Shown here one piece after another: positions 30,254 to 38,706 of a stretch of 64,000 bases of DNA. Under the pieces are notes generated by a model. It did no database searches. It was given only the letters and a program-made list of their open reading frames with translations, and was not told where the DNA came from. The DNA is taken from NCBI GenBank assembly GCA_963813805.1, contig CAWEZZ010000002.1, positions 176,558 to 240,557 on the forward strand. Reading direction: 5' to 3'. A program made the translations under genes and the position numbers. Position 1 is the first letter of the stretch. Each line of letters starts with the position of its first letter. The DNA comes from an uncultured Solirubrobacterales bacterium (GTDB lineage: Bacteria; Actinomycetota; Thermoleophilia; Solirubrobacterales; Solirubrobacteraceae).

Positions 30254-30285
30254 CCGCGGTCTCCTCCCTCGATGCCGACCCGCGA

Positions 30286-30735
30286 CTACTTGATGGCCTT
30301 GCAGGAGGCGAGCGCCTGTTCCTTGGCTTGACCGGTAGGCCCGGCCAAGGCTTTGATGACTTCGACGCAAACTTCTTTGGCGGCCGCGCGTGCCCCCACG
30401 AGGTCACCGCTTGCGGCTTTGTTACAGATCCCTTCGACCTTGGCCTTTGTGCTCGCCGAGAGCGTTGGCGCTCTTTGGATGATCGACTTGCACTCCGCCA
30501 CGGCCACCGCCATGCCAGCGGCGCTCGCCGAGCCGCTCGATGGGGTGGGCGAGGATGTCGATGTCGTCCCGGTGGCCGCGGGAGTCGAGCTGGTCGTCGC
30601 ACCCGCCGCACTGCTCGGCGCGGCCGTCGAGCTGCTCTGACTGCTGGATGTGGAGCTGCTGCTACTACCGCAGCCGGCGATGAACACTCCGCCGGCGAGT
30701 GCGATTAGAAGCCATGTGGACAGCTTTCGGATCAT
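30286..30735 (-). CDS. Hypothetical lipoprotein
   Basis: Lipobox IAGC, Ser/Thr linker, small 4-Cys helical domain. Confidence 0.75.
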   Translation of the reverse strand: MIRKLSTWLLIALAGGVFIAGCGSSSSSTSSSQSSSTAAPSSAAGATTSSTPAATGTTSTSSPTPSSGSASAAGMAVAVAECKSIIQRAPTLSASTKAKVEGICNKAASGDLVGARAAAKEVCVEVIKALAGPTGQAKEQALASCKAIK

Positions 30736-30880
30736 TTGTCCCCCATCGTTGGAAAAGACGAGTGGTTGCTAGTCTTAGCGGGCCATGCTCGATCAGTCGC
30801 GATTAGGCCTTCAGAGAAGGTAGCGCCCTCCGGGCGCCACTCGCATCCGCGAGCCTCGATCCGACCATAAGGAACACAGC

Positions 30881-31264
30881 ATGGACAACCCGCGCCGCGG
30901 GCGCGTGGTCGAGCAGCACTTCCTCAACCTCCCCGGGTTCCACGCCGGCGCCTACATCCGCGCCTACGTCGAGGACACCAGCGAGCGCGAGATCTGTCCC
31001 CCGACCAAGCGCCGCAACTACCACCACATCCCCGGGCCGCGAATCGTGCTCGAGATCTCTGACTGCTACAAGCGGATCGAGCTCGACTTCGACATCACTT
31101 CCGCCGAACAGCGCCTCAACAGCTTCCACAAGGTTGACACCCTCATCGCGGCGCTGCTGGCGTTCCGCGAGGGAATGACCACCGAGGCCGCGCTGCACCG
31201 CCGCCGCGAACGTCTCGTCGCGGACAGCAACGAGACGGACCGCCATCTCAAGCCAAACCTATGA
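30881..31264 (+). CDS. Hypothetical protein
   Basis: AAGGA RBS, good codon bias; no recognised family. Confidence 0.7.
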   Translation: MDNPRRGRVVEQHFLNLPGFHAGAYIRAYVEDTSEREICPPTKRRNYHHIPGPRIVLEISDCYKRIELDFDITSAEQRLNSFHKVDTLIAALLAFREGMTTEAALHRRRERLVADSNETDRHLKPNL

Positions 31265-31326
31265 TCGAAACATGAGCACGGCGGCCGCAACCACTGCTAC
31301 GTCTCCAGAGACGGATCGGAGAAACC

Positions 31327-31831
31327 ATGGCAGAGACATCCCCCAAGACCGTGACCATCGCCAAGCGGCGTTTCGAGCTGCGAGCGGACCGCGTCGAGCG
31401 TGCCCTGAGGCAGACCCTGCCCGAGCCGATCACGAGCCACTACGTGGTGATCTGCAAGCGGCGCTACCCGCCCAAGCAGGCGATCAGCCTCGTGACCGGA
31501 CTCGATCGAGCTGACTTCACCACGCATCAGGCGCGGCGCATCTTGACCGGATTGGGTTTCCCCGCCGGCCGGCGCCCCGGGCAAGCCAAGTCGAAGGCGC
31601 CCGGGAGCTCCCGGGGACCCCGGTCGCGGGGCATGCGAGTCCCGGCCGAGCGCCGAGACCCTCGAGCCGTTCATCGGGCAGTGGGTCGCGACCAAGGACA
31701 CGGACGTGCTCGTCGCCGCGCCCGAGCCTCGCACCGTCGTCAGCTGGCTGGCTGAGCATCGCCAGCAAGCCGACAGCATGTTCCGCGTGCCGAGCGATGA
31801 GCTGCAGGCCAGCGGCGCCGCGCCCTGGTGA
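31327..31831 (+). CDS. SCO5918-like N-terminal domain fused through an apparent frameshift to a DUF5678-like C-terminal domain
   Basis: PEPITSHYVVICKRRYPPKQ...DFTTHQARRILTGLGF; the +1 frame EPFIGQWVATKDTDVLVAA ends at TGA 31831, overlapping the next GTG. Confidence 0.6.
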
Positions 31832-32232
31832 GACACTCCTTTCAGGCCCTCCCCGGTCACACCGGCTGCCCACGCCCCGTCGTCGACCTCGTCGTCGAGG
31901 GACTCGAGCTCGCGCCGCAAGCCTGCCTGCTGGACACCGGAGCCAGCGACATCCGCATGGGCCACCACGTCGCCGAGCTCGCGGGCATCGACCTCAGCGA
32001 CGCCACCGAGGATGAGATCGTCGTGGGCGGCTTGCAAACGATCGGCCGGCCCGCGAGCGTCCAGCTCGAGCTGCGCCAAGGCAAGGAGAGCCACACGTGG
32101 GCTCCCACCGTCTACTTCTGCGACCCGTGGCCCTGGGCTTTCGGCCTGCTGGGGCTCGGTGGCCTCGACCCTTTCCTGGTGAGCATCAACACCTACGAGG
32201 AATGGGTCGAGCTTCACCCCCTCCACCGCTGA
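31828..32232 (+). CDS. Retropepsin-like (clan AA) aspartic protease
   Basis: LLDTGA catalytic motif, IVVGG flap, GLLG motif; single-domain size. Confidence 0.82.
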   Translation: MRHSFQALPGHTGCPRPVVDLVVEGLELAPQACLLDTGASDIRMGHHVAELAGIDLSDATEDEIVVGGLQTIGRPASVQLELRQGKESHTWAPTVYFCDPWPWAFGLLGLGGLDPFLVSINTYEEWVELHPLHR

Positions 32233-32270
32233 GCCATCTCCGCCACCCACTACGCCGACTTTCATGGCAA

Positions 32271-32342
32271 TGCCCCCGCCGGGAGTCGAACCTGGATCTA
32301 CCGCTTAGGAGGCGGTCGTCTTATCCATTGGACTACGAGGGC
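32271..32342 (-). tRNA. tRNA-Arg(CCT)
   Basis: Cloverleaf GCCCTCG...ACCGC-CTCCTAA-GCGGT...GGTTCGACTCC...GGGGGCA; CCA not encoded. Confidence 0.95.
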
Positions 32343-32482
32343 TCGACCCCTCGCCAGGGCGGAGGGCCATCTCGAAGGCTACCGGCGCCCCTGCACCGAA
32401 CGGTTCGCGGGCTCGCCCGCGACGCGCACGAACAAGTCCTCCAGCCACAACCCCCGAATGCTTGCGCTCGCTCCCTGCGGCG

Positions 32483-33073
32483 TCAGCCGCGGTCGGGGCG
32501 GTCGGGGTAGATCTCGTCGATCGTGGTGAGCGCCGTGTAGGAGGCGTCGCCGATCGCCGCCTGTATCGCCTCGCCACCGCCTGTGAGACGGTCGAGCACG
32601 CTCACCACGCCCGCGACCGTCAACCCCTCGCTCCGTACGCGCTCTACCGTCTCGATCGTCGAGGAGCCGGTCGTGACCACGTCCTCGACGATCAAACAGC
32701 GCTCGCCCTCCGTGAGTGGCGGACCCTCGATCCAGCGCTGCAAGCCGTGCTGCTTGCGCTCTTTGCGCACGATGAACCCCTTCGCCGGCGGTACCGGCGC
32801 CGCCAGCGGCGCGCAGGCCACGGCGATCGCACTCACGGGCACGCCGCCCACCGCGCTTGCGCCACACGCCCGCGCCCGCTCGGCCACCAGCAGGCCGATT
32901 GCCATGAACGCCTCGGGCAGCAGGATCACGCGCTTGGCGTCCACGTAGTACTGGGCCTTGCGCCCACTTGTCAGCGTCACCTCACCGATCACGAGTGCGT
33001 GCTCACGCAGCGCTCGGACTAGCCGCTCGCGGGCTTGCGCGAGGTCGCTCCTATTTTCGGCCAGGACGTCCAT
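32483..33073 (-). CDS. pyrE: Orotate phosphoribosyltransferase
   Basis: TLTSGRKAQYYVD, VRKERKQHG, IVEDVVTTGSS. Confidence 0.93.
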   Translation of the reverse strand: MDVLAENRSDLAQARERLVRALREHALVIGEVTLTSGRKAQYYVDAKRVILLPEAFMAIGLLVAERARACGASAVGGVPVSAIAVACAPLAAPVPPAKGFIVRKERKQHGLQRWIEGPPLTEGERCLIVEDVVTTGSSTIETVERVRSEGLTVAGVVSVLDRLTGGGEAIQAAIGDASYTALTTIDEIYPDRPDRG

Positions 33074-33122
33074 GGGGAGGTCTAATCTACTTCGTGCGGA
33101 AAAAGTCTTGGTAGGCGATAGC

Positions 33123-33159
33123 AAACGACCGCGCCGTCATGGATTCGGCGCGGTCGTTT
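33123..33159. terminator. Hairpin inside the IS end, downstream of the transposase
   Basis: AAACGACCGCGCCG-loop-CGGCGCGGTCGTTT. Confidence 0.6.
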
Positions 33160-33203
33160 TGTCATCGAGTGGTTGCTCTGGTCGAGAGAGCCGCTGGAGT
33201 GTT

Positions 33204-34598
33204 TCAGCTGGTTCGGATGGCGAGCGTGTCAAGGTTGTAGGCGAGGATCCCCCAGCCTGTCCAGGTGCGCTGTCCTGCTTGGCCTCTCAGGCGGGATCGG
33301 CGTAGCCCGTAGCCACGCTTGAGGTGACTGATCCGGCCCTCGGCGCCGGTGCGGTAGCGCTGTAGGCGGCGCTGGGTGCGTTTCGAGCCGGGCTGTTGGC
33401 GACCGGAGATGAACACCCGTTCGGGTGCGATCTGAGCCAAGGCATTGCGGGTGGCGTCCGACTGGAAGCCGCCGTCGAGGGCTATCTCGCGCGGAGAGAT
33501 CCCCAACCTGGTGAGCTCTGCAACGGTCGTGGGCAGCAATGTGTTCTCCCCAGGATTTCCGGGAGCGCTCGCTGCCGGCAGGATGAACCCGCGCGCGCCT
33601 GGCTTGGTGTTCTCGGTCACCTCGCAAATCTGGGCGACATACCCAAACTCGTTGGGTTTGCCGATCTTGCCCTTGCGGATCGGCCTGGCGTCGGGATCTG
33701 AGAGGGAGATGAGTCGGTCTGTGATCGGCTCGCCCGCGACACGCTGCTTGACCTGCTTTGCGACCTTCTCGCAACGGTCGGCCAACTCCTCGAGCCTCCT
33801 GACCGCTGCCAGCTTCGTCTTCGCGCCGCGCCCGCGTGAACGCGCGCGCGCGCGAGCTGCCAGCTTCCTTGTCTCCCTGATCGACTCTTCCAGCAGCTTG
33901 CCGGTCTTGGCGGTCAGCTCGAGCACCTCTCCCTTGGCCTGCCCTGTGCGTCTGCGGATCGTGCGCGAGATCGCGCGCAGCGTGCGACCCATCACCCGTG
34001 AGCGGTCCCGCACCCGCGTGTTCTTCTCCTTGACCAGAACCATGATCTTGCGAGCCTCCCTGGCCAGCGCACGCACTCCGTGCGCTGCCAGTCCCGCGTC
34101 GCTCGGATAGCGCACGTCGCCCTCGATCACCGTCGAGTCGATCCTCACCGCCCTGGCCCGGAAGCGCTTCTCCCGGCACTCCTTGGCGATCAACGCCCGC
34201 GTGATCTCGTTCACCATCTCGGCCCCGACTCGGCGCGTCAGCTTGCGGATCGTCGACTCGTCCGGTACCCGGCCTGACAGGCCGATCCGGCAGAACCGCC
34301 GCAAGTGAAGCGAATCGGACACCTCGCTCACCAGCGTCCGATACCCCCAGCCATAGCGCGCCTTCAGCACCATCAACCGCACGAATGTCTCCATCGCGAT
34401 CGTCGGGCGCCCGTCGCTCAGCACAGACCGTCCCGTCCGCTCGAACTCCAGGCGCCACTGCTCCACGATCGGCCACAACAACTCCTCTTGAGCCAAAAAC
34501 CTGTCTAGGCGCTCCAGATCCTCCGGCAGCTCGCGAACCTCCACCGGCAACACGACATCCCACAAAGACTCCGGCTGCTCCGCCACAAGCGTCAACAT
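33204..34598 (-). CDS. DDE transposase (IS5/ISNCY-like)
   Basis: GRPTI, VPDESTIRK, RIDSTV, SLSDPDARPIRKGK, DGGF, EGRISHLKRGYG; GGAGG RBS before ATG 34598. Confidence 0.93.
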   Translation of the reverse strand: MLTLVAEQPESLWDVVLPVEVRELPEDLERLDRFLAQEELLWPIVEQWRLEFERTGRSVLSDGRPTIAMETFVRLMVLKARYGWGYRTLVSEVSDSLHLRRFCRIGLSGRVPDESTIRKLTRRVGAEMVNEITRALIAKECREKRFRARAVRIDSTVIEGDVRYPSDAGLAAHGVRALAREARKIMVLVKEKNTRVRDRSRVMGRTLRAISRTIRRRTGQAKGEVLELTAKTGKLLEESIRETRKLAARARARSRGRGAKTKLAAVRRLEELADRCEKVAKQVKQRVAGEPITDRLISLSDPDARPIRKGKIGKPNEFGYVAQICEVTENTKPGARGFILPAASAPGNPGENTLLPTTVAELTRLGISPREIALDGGFQSDATRNALAQIAPERVFISGRQQPGSKRTQRRLQRYRTGAEGRISHLKRGYGLRRSRLRGQAGQRTWTGWGILAYNLDTLAIRTS

Positions 34599-34710
34599 GA
34601 ACCCTCCAATCGACCAGAAACCCGCCCATATGCAGGACATTCTGGCCCTCAGACCGGACAGAACACCGCCCCCAGAAGGTCACTTTTTCCGCACGAAGTA
34701 ACCTAGCGAT

Positions 34711-35088
34711 GTGCTCTCCTTGTTCGCTGGATTGCTGCGCTTGGCCTCAGTGGTCATCTGCCTGATCGTAATCGCGTCGTTTGCGATCTTTGCGATCAAC
34801 CAGACAGGCAGCGCATCCACCCATCAGCAGGAAGAACTCAACGGCGGAGCCGTCACCACGACCACCAGCTCACGGACCTCGAGCTCGTCCAAGACCTCAG
34901 CCCCGCATGAGAGCACCTTGCACAAAGCGATTGACGACGCCTCCAACGCGCTCACCTCACCGTTCTCGGGCATCACCTCGGGGTGGAGCAGTCAATGGGC
35001 CATCCGCGGCGTGAACCTGCTGCTCACCTTGATCGCCTATGGCTTCGGCCTCGGCTTCCTCGCGCGCGTAATTCGGGTGAGGGTGTAG
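34711..35088 (+). CDS. Hypothetical membrane protein (2 TM)
   Basis: Two hydrophobic segments flanking a Ser/Thr-rich loop. Confidence 0.7.
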   Translation: MLSLFAGLLRLASVVICLIVIASFAIFAINQTGSASTHQQEELNGGAVTTTTSSRTSSSSKTSAPHESTLHKAIDDASNALTSPFSGITSGWSSQWAIRGVNLLLTLIAYGFGLGFLARVIRVRV

Positions 35089-35095
35089 ACCCGCG

Positions 35096-36181
35096 CTACG
35101 GACCAGCGTTGCCGCGGACATTGTGGCTACCGCCGCCGCTCTCGTGGTAGACGTCCACCGGAGTCCCAATCTGCAGCCATCCGTAGATCGAGGCGGCGTT
35201 TGGGATCGGCACGCGCAGGCAGCCATGGCTGGCGGCGTAGACGGGGACTTCCGCGTAGCCGTGGATGGCGTAGCCGCTGATGAAGTAGTTGGAGTCGACC
35301 ATGCCCTTGGCGTTGGTTCCAGGCGTCTTTGAATAGACGCGAAAGCGCCCGATCACCGTCGGGGTCGAGGGCTTGCCTGAGCTCATCTCATAGATGGCCC
35401 GCACGTGCCCACCCGGTTCGATCTCCGCGAGCACCTGCCGGGTCAAGTCGGCCTCCACATGGCGGCCATCGCTCCGGTAGCGCACGTGGAAGCCCCCGGC
35501 TCCGTGAGCCAACAGCTCGAAGACCTGCCTACCCGCATAGGGCACGCGTTCGAGGCCCGTCATCTTTCTGTAGGCGACCAACGCGCGCCCGGTTCCTTCG
35601 TCAAAGGCGCCGCTGAGCGGCACGACATAGTGGAGGACGTTCAGCTCCGATTGCAGCAGCCGCACAGACTGCCCTTGGGAGCCTGGACCGAGGTTCGGCC
35701 AGACGAAGCGAAAGCGTGGCGAGCGGGCGGTGAACTCCGCCTGCTGTGCGGTCGCATAGTGGGCGACGCGCGCTTGCACCAGTCCGGCATCCAGGCTTGA
35801 GAAGTTGATGCGAAACTGTCCCGAGCCGTTACGCATCTCAAGGACGCTCACGACCTTCACCTCGACCTTGCGCCCTTCGCGGTAGAAGCTGACCTTCACC
35901 GTCTGGCCGGCCACGTACGGGCTAACGACCCCACGGACGACGATTCGCGTCCCCATCAACGCAAACAGCGGCAGCCCAGCGACTCTCTGCAGTTCGAGCT
36001 TCATGTGTCCGGCCAGAGGACTCCCGGTGGTTGGCGCGGGGACGGCTGGCGCCGATGGGGCGGCTGGCGTCTCCGGCGCGGGAGCCGTCGCGGCAGCGCT
36101 CGTCGCGACGGCCGGCGCCGGTGAGGCGCTGGCGCCGAGCGCCACCGCTCCGAGCGCGAGAAGGCCAAGGGCGCGCTTCAC
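35096..36181 (-). CDS. L,D-transpeptidase with peptidoglycan-binding domain
   Basis: Signal peptide, PG-binding-like segment, SSGKPSTPT, AIHG...ASHGCLR. Confidence 0.9.
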   Translation of the reverse strand: MKRALGLLALGAVALGASASPAPAVATSAAATAPAPETPAAPSAPAVPAPTTGSPLAGHMKLELQRVAGLPLFALMGTRIVVRGVVSPYVAGQTVKVSFYREGRKVEVKVVSVLEMRNGSGQFRINFSSLDAGLVQARVAHYATAQQAEFTARSPRFRFVWPNLGPGSQGQSVRLLQSELNVLHYVVPLSGAFDEGTGRALVAYRKMTGLERVPYAGRQVFELLAHGAGGFHVRYRSDGRHVEADLTRQVLAEIEPGGHVRAIYEMSSGKPSTPTVIGRFRVYSKTPGTNAKGMVDSNYFISGYAIHGYAEVPVYAASHGCLRVPIPNAASIYGWLQIGTPVDVYHESGGGSHNVRGNAGP

Positions 36182-36190
36182 GGGCTCATC

Positions 36191-37111
36191 CTATGGTGCG
36201 TGGCCGACGGGCAGCGCCTCAGGCGTGACCACGCCAAGACGCTTGAACAGCAGCACGAGCGCGCCGATCGCGGCGAGAGCGACGAAAACCAGCACTGGCA
36301 TCTGCCAGCCCCATCCCTCGAGGCTGGCGAAGGCGATCGAGTTGTTCAGCGAGTGGGCGACGATGCACGGATACAGCGAGCCGCTGTAGCGGTACAGCAG
36401 GCAGAGGCCGAAGCCCAGGGCCGCGAGCGGCACGAGGTCGAGGACGGGCGCAGAGCCGGCGTGCACAGCTCCGAACAGCAGGCCGGTGATCACAGCCGCC
36501 GGGAACGTTCCCCGCCAGCTGCGCAGAGCGGTGAAGATGAACCCGCGGAAGAGGATCTCCTCGCTGATCGGCGCCACCACGCACGTCAGCGCCGCGCTGA
36601 GCATCAGCAGCGCTGCGCCTTCGTTCGATCCGAGCTGTTCGAGCAACTTCTCTTTGCCCGGGTTCAACAGCGCCACCCAGATGGCGGTGAGGATGATGAA
36701 CAAGACCATCAGCCCCACGATCATCAGCGCGGCCCGGCGCCAGCCCACGCGCGGAGGCCTCAGTCCGAGCTGCCAGGCGCGCACCGTGCGCCCGCCGAGC
36801 TGCGCGCAGAAAACGGCCGCGAGCACGAACGCGACGTCCTGGACGAACGTGTCGGCGAGCGTGAGGCCCGGTGGCGTATGCGAGGTCGTGAGGTTCGCGC
36901 CCAGCGCGATCGCCGGCAGGTCGACCACGAGGCCGCCCACCGCGGCTAGCACGAGCCCTCCGATCAGCGCCACGAGCGCCATCCACGCAGGCCAGCCGAC
37001 GAGCTGCGAGGCGGATGGGCCAGCGTCCGGCGGCCCTGCCGGGCGGGAGCCGCCTGCCGTCAGGGGACGGCGGTCAACAGCCGGCGGCTCCGGCGGGGTC
37101 AGGCCCTCCAT
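36191..37111 (-). CDS. CPBP family intramembrane glutamic endopeptidase (CAAX/Abi)
   Basis: APISEEILFRG, FGAVH, HSLNN. Confidence 0.9.
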   Translation of the reverse strand: MEGLTPPEPPAVDRRPLTAGGSRPAGPPDAGPSASQLVGWPAWMALVALIGGLVLAAVGGLVVDLPAIALGANLTTSHTPPGLTLADTFVQDVAFVLAAVFCAQLGGRTVRAWQLGLRPPRVGWRRAALMIVGLMVLFIILTAIWVALLNPGKEKLLEQLGSNEGAALLMLSAALTCVVAPISEEILFRGFIFTALRSWRGTFPAAVITGLLFGAVHAGSAPVLDLVPLAALGFGLCLLYRYSGSLYPCIVAHSLNNSIAFASLEGWGWQMPVLVFVALAAIGALVLLFKRLGVVTPEALPVGHAP

Positions 37112-37115
37112 CGAC

Positions 37116-38633
37116 TCACGCCACCCAGTGCCAGGTGGCGAACTGAGCGGCAAAGAAAGCCATCAGCGCCGCCGAAACGACGAGCGCGGGCATCCGCGCG
37201 CGCGGACGAGCTGCCAGCCAGGCGGCCAGCCACATGCTCAAGGGGAACAGCACTACGAGAAAGCGCGGCAGCGACATCAGCGGCTGAGAAGCCACCGGGT
37301 AAGAGAGCGGCAGGGCGAGCGCAGCGACCACGTAGGCACCGTATGCGAGGGGGAGCATGCGCACGACGCCCACGACGGCGGGGACAGCCGCAATCAGGAA
37401 GACCAGCAGCATCAGGTTGTGCCCGGCGTTGACGAACGGGCTACCGGCGGGGATCGGGAAGTAGATGTGGTGACGCTGGAAGGACAGCAGCTGACGCGCG
37501 CCCTCGAAGGCCGCCCTGATCCCGTCCCAAACGCCCAGGTATGGTCCCGCGAAGTGCCGGCCCCAAACGTTCTGTGCGTGAAACGGCATCAAAGCGTCGC
37601 CGCCGGAGAGGGCGAGGTGGGTCATATACAGGCCAAGGCCGACGGGCACGAGCCCCAGCCACAGGATGTCCCGGCGCAGCCGATAACGAGGACGAAGACC
37701 GTGTACAAACGCCCTGGCCGAGCCTCGCTCCCCGATACGAAGACTCTCTGGATGACGCCACTGGGCCCGGTTATCGTCCCCAAAGTCAATCGGCCGATCC
37801 TCGCGCGGTCCATACAGATAGAGGATCAGCACCGGCAGCGCCAGCACCACGCCCGCGCTGCGCGTGGCGCCAGCCAGAGCGGCCAGGGCGCACGCTGACG
37901 CCCAGCGGCCTTGACGGGCGCACCAGAAGACCCCCACCGACAGCGCCAGGTAGAGCGACTCGGAGTAGACCGCCGAGAAGTAGAAGGCCATTGGGGCGAA
38001 CGCCGTGACCATCACGGCCAGGCGCGCCACATCGCCACTGCCCGGACGCCCGACCCGCGCCAGCTCGAGCGTCGTCAGGCGGTGGATGCCGTAGAGGGCG
38101 AGCGCGAACGCGAGCAGCGATACGAGCACGCCGGCCAGCACCGGCGGAAAGCCGATGTCAGAGACCGCCCTCAGACCGAGTGGGTAGAGCGGAAAGAACG
38201 CCGTGCGCGAAGACGTGAACGAGCCCAGGTCGGGCCGGTAGCCATAGTGCGCGATCACCAGGTACCACGAGGCGTCCCAGCGCGCCGCCGGAGCGGCCAG
38301 CAGGTCGCCGAGCCGGCCGAACCCCCGGGTCATGCCGGGGGGGTTGAAGGCGTTGCGGACCGGCCCAAAGCCGAACGCGAGCAGCGTTGAGACTCCGGCG
38401 ACCCACACGAGCAGGCGCGAGCTCCATAGCGCCCGCCAGCTGTCACGCACGGCCGCCACCCGTGCGGGGTCCGCGCGCAGCCGCACCCACCAGCGCCGAG
38501 CAGGGCCGGCCGCGCTGCGATCGGTCACCGAGGGCTCAAACGGGGGGACCAGCTCGCTTGCTGTGTCCACGATGTCCGGGCACATAGCCCGGACGGCTGG
38601 GTCCGCGGTGTCAGAGTTCATAGCGTGTGACAC
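37116..38633 (-). CDS. GT-C mannosyltransferase (PIG-V/GPI mannosyltransferase 2-like)
   Basis: ARWDASWYLVIAHYGY, AFFPLYP, AVYSESL, TRSAG, SLPRF. Confidence 0.85.
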   Translation of the reverse strand: MSHAMNSDTADPAVRAMCPDIVDTASELVPPFEPSVTDRSAAGPARRWWVRLRADPARVAAVRDSWRALWSSRLLVWVAGVSTLLAFGFGPVRNAFNPPGMTRGFGRLGDLLAAPAARWDASWYLVIAHYGYRPDLGSFTSSRTAFFPLYPLGLRAVSDIGFPPVLAGVLVSLLAFALALYGIHRLTTLELARVGRPGSGDVARLAVMVTAFAPMAFYFSAVYSESLYLALSVGVFWCARQGRWASACALAALAGATRSAGVVLALPVLILYLYGPREDRPIDFGDDNRAQWRHPESLRIGERGSARAFVHGLRPRYRLRRDILWLGLVPVGLGLYMTHLALSGGDALMPFHAQNVWGRHFAGPYLGVWDGIRAAFEGARQLLSFQRHHIYFPIPAGSPFVNAGHNLMLLVFLIAAVPAVVGVVRMLPLAYGAYVVAALALPLSYPVASQPLMSLPRFLVVLFPLSMWLAAWLAARPRARMPALVVSAALMAFFAAQFATWHWVA

Positions 38634-38706
38634 CGAGCGTAGAGGCCAGGACGGTGCAGGCAGCAGGAAATCACACTTCGGAGCGGTAATCTCGGCTAGC
38701 TAAGCG

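Larger units (their letters stand above)
33088..34700 (-). mobile_element. Complete insertion sequence (IS5/ISNCY-like), ~1.6 kb
   Basis: Perfect 19-bp TIR TACTTCGTGCGGAAAAAGT (33088-33106 and 34682-34700) around a transposase gene. Confidence 0.92.

Noticed and set aside
30780-32270. att-bounded island at tRNA-Arg
   Set aside because: No duplicate of the tRNA-Arg 3' end and no integrase seen; reported only as an accessory cassette
33229-34683. 484-aa overlapping ORF spanning the IS
   Set aside because: Low-complexity Gly/Arg/Ala/Asp composition typical of an alternative frame of GC-rich coding DNA; no motif
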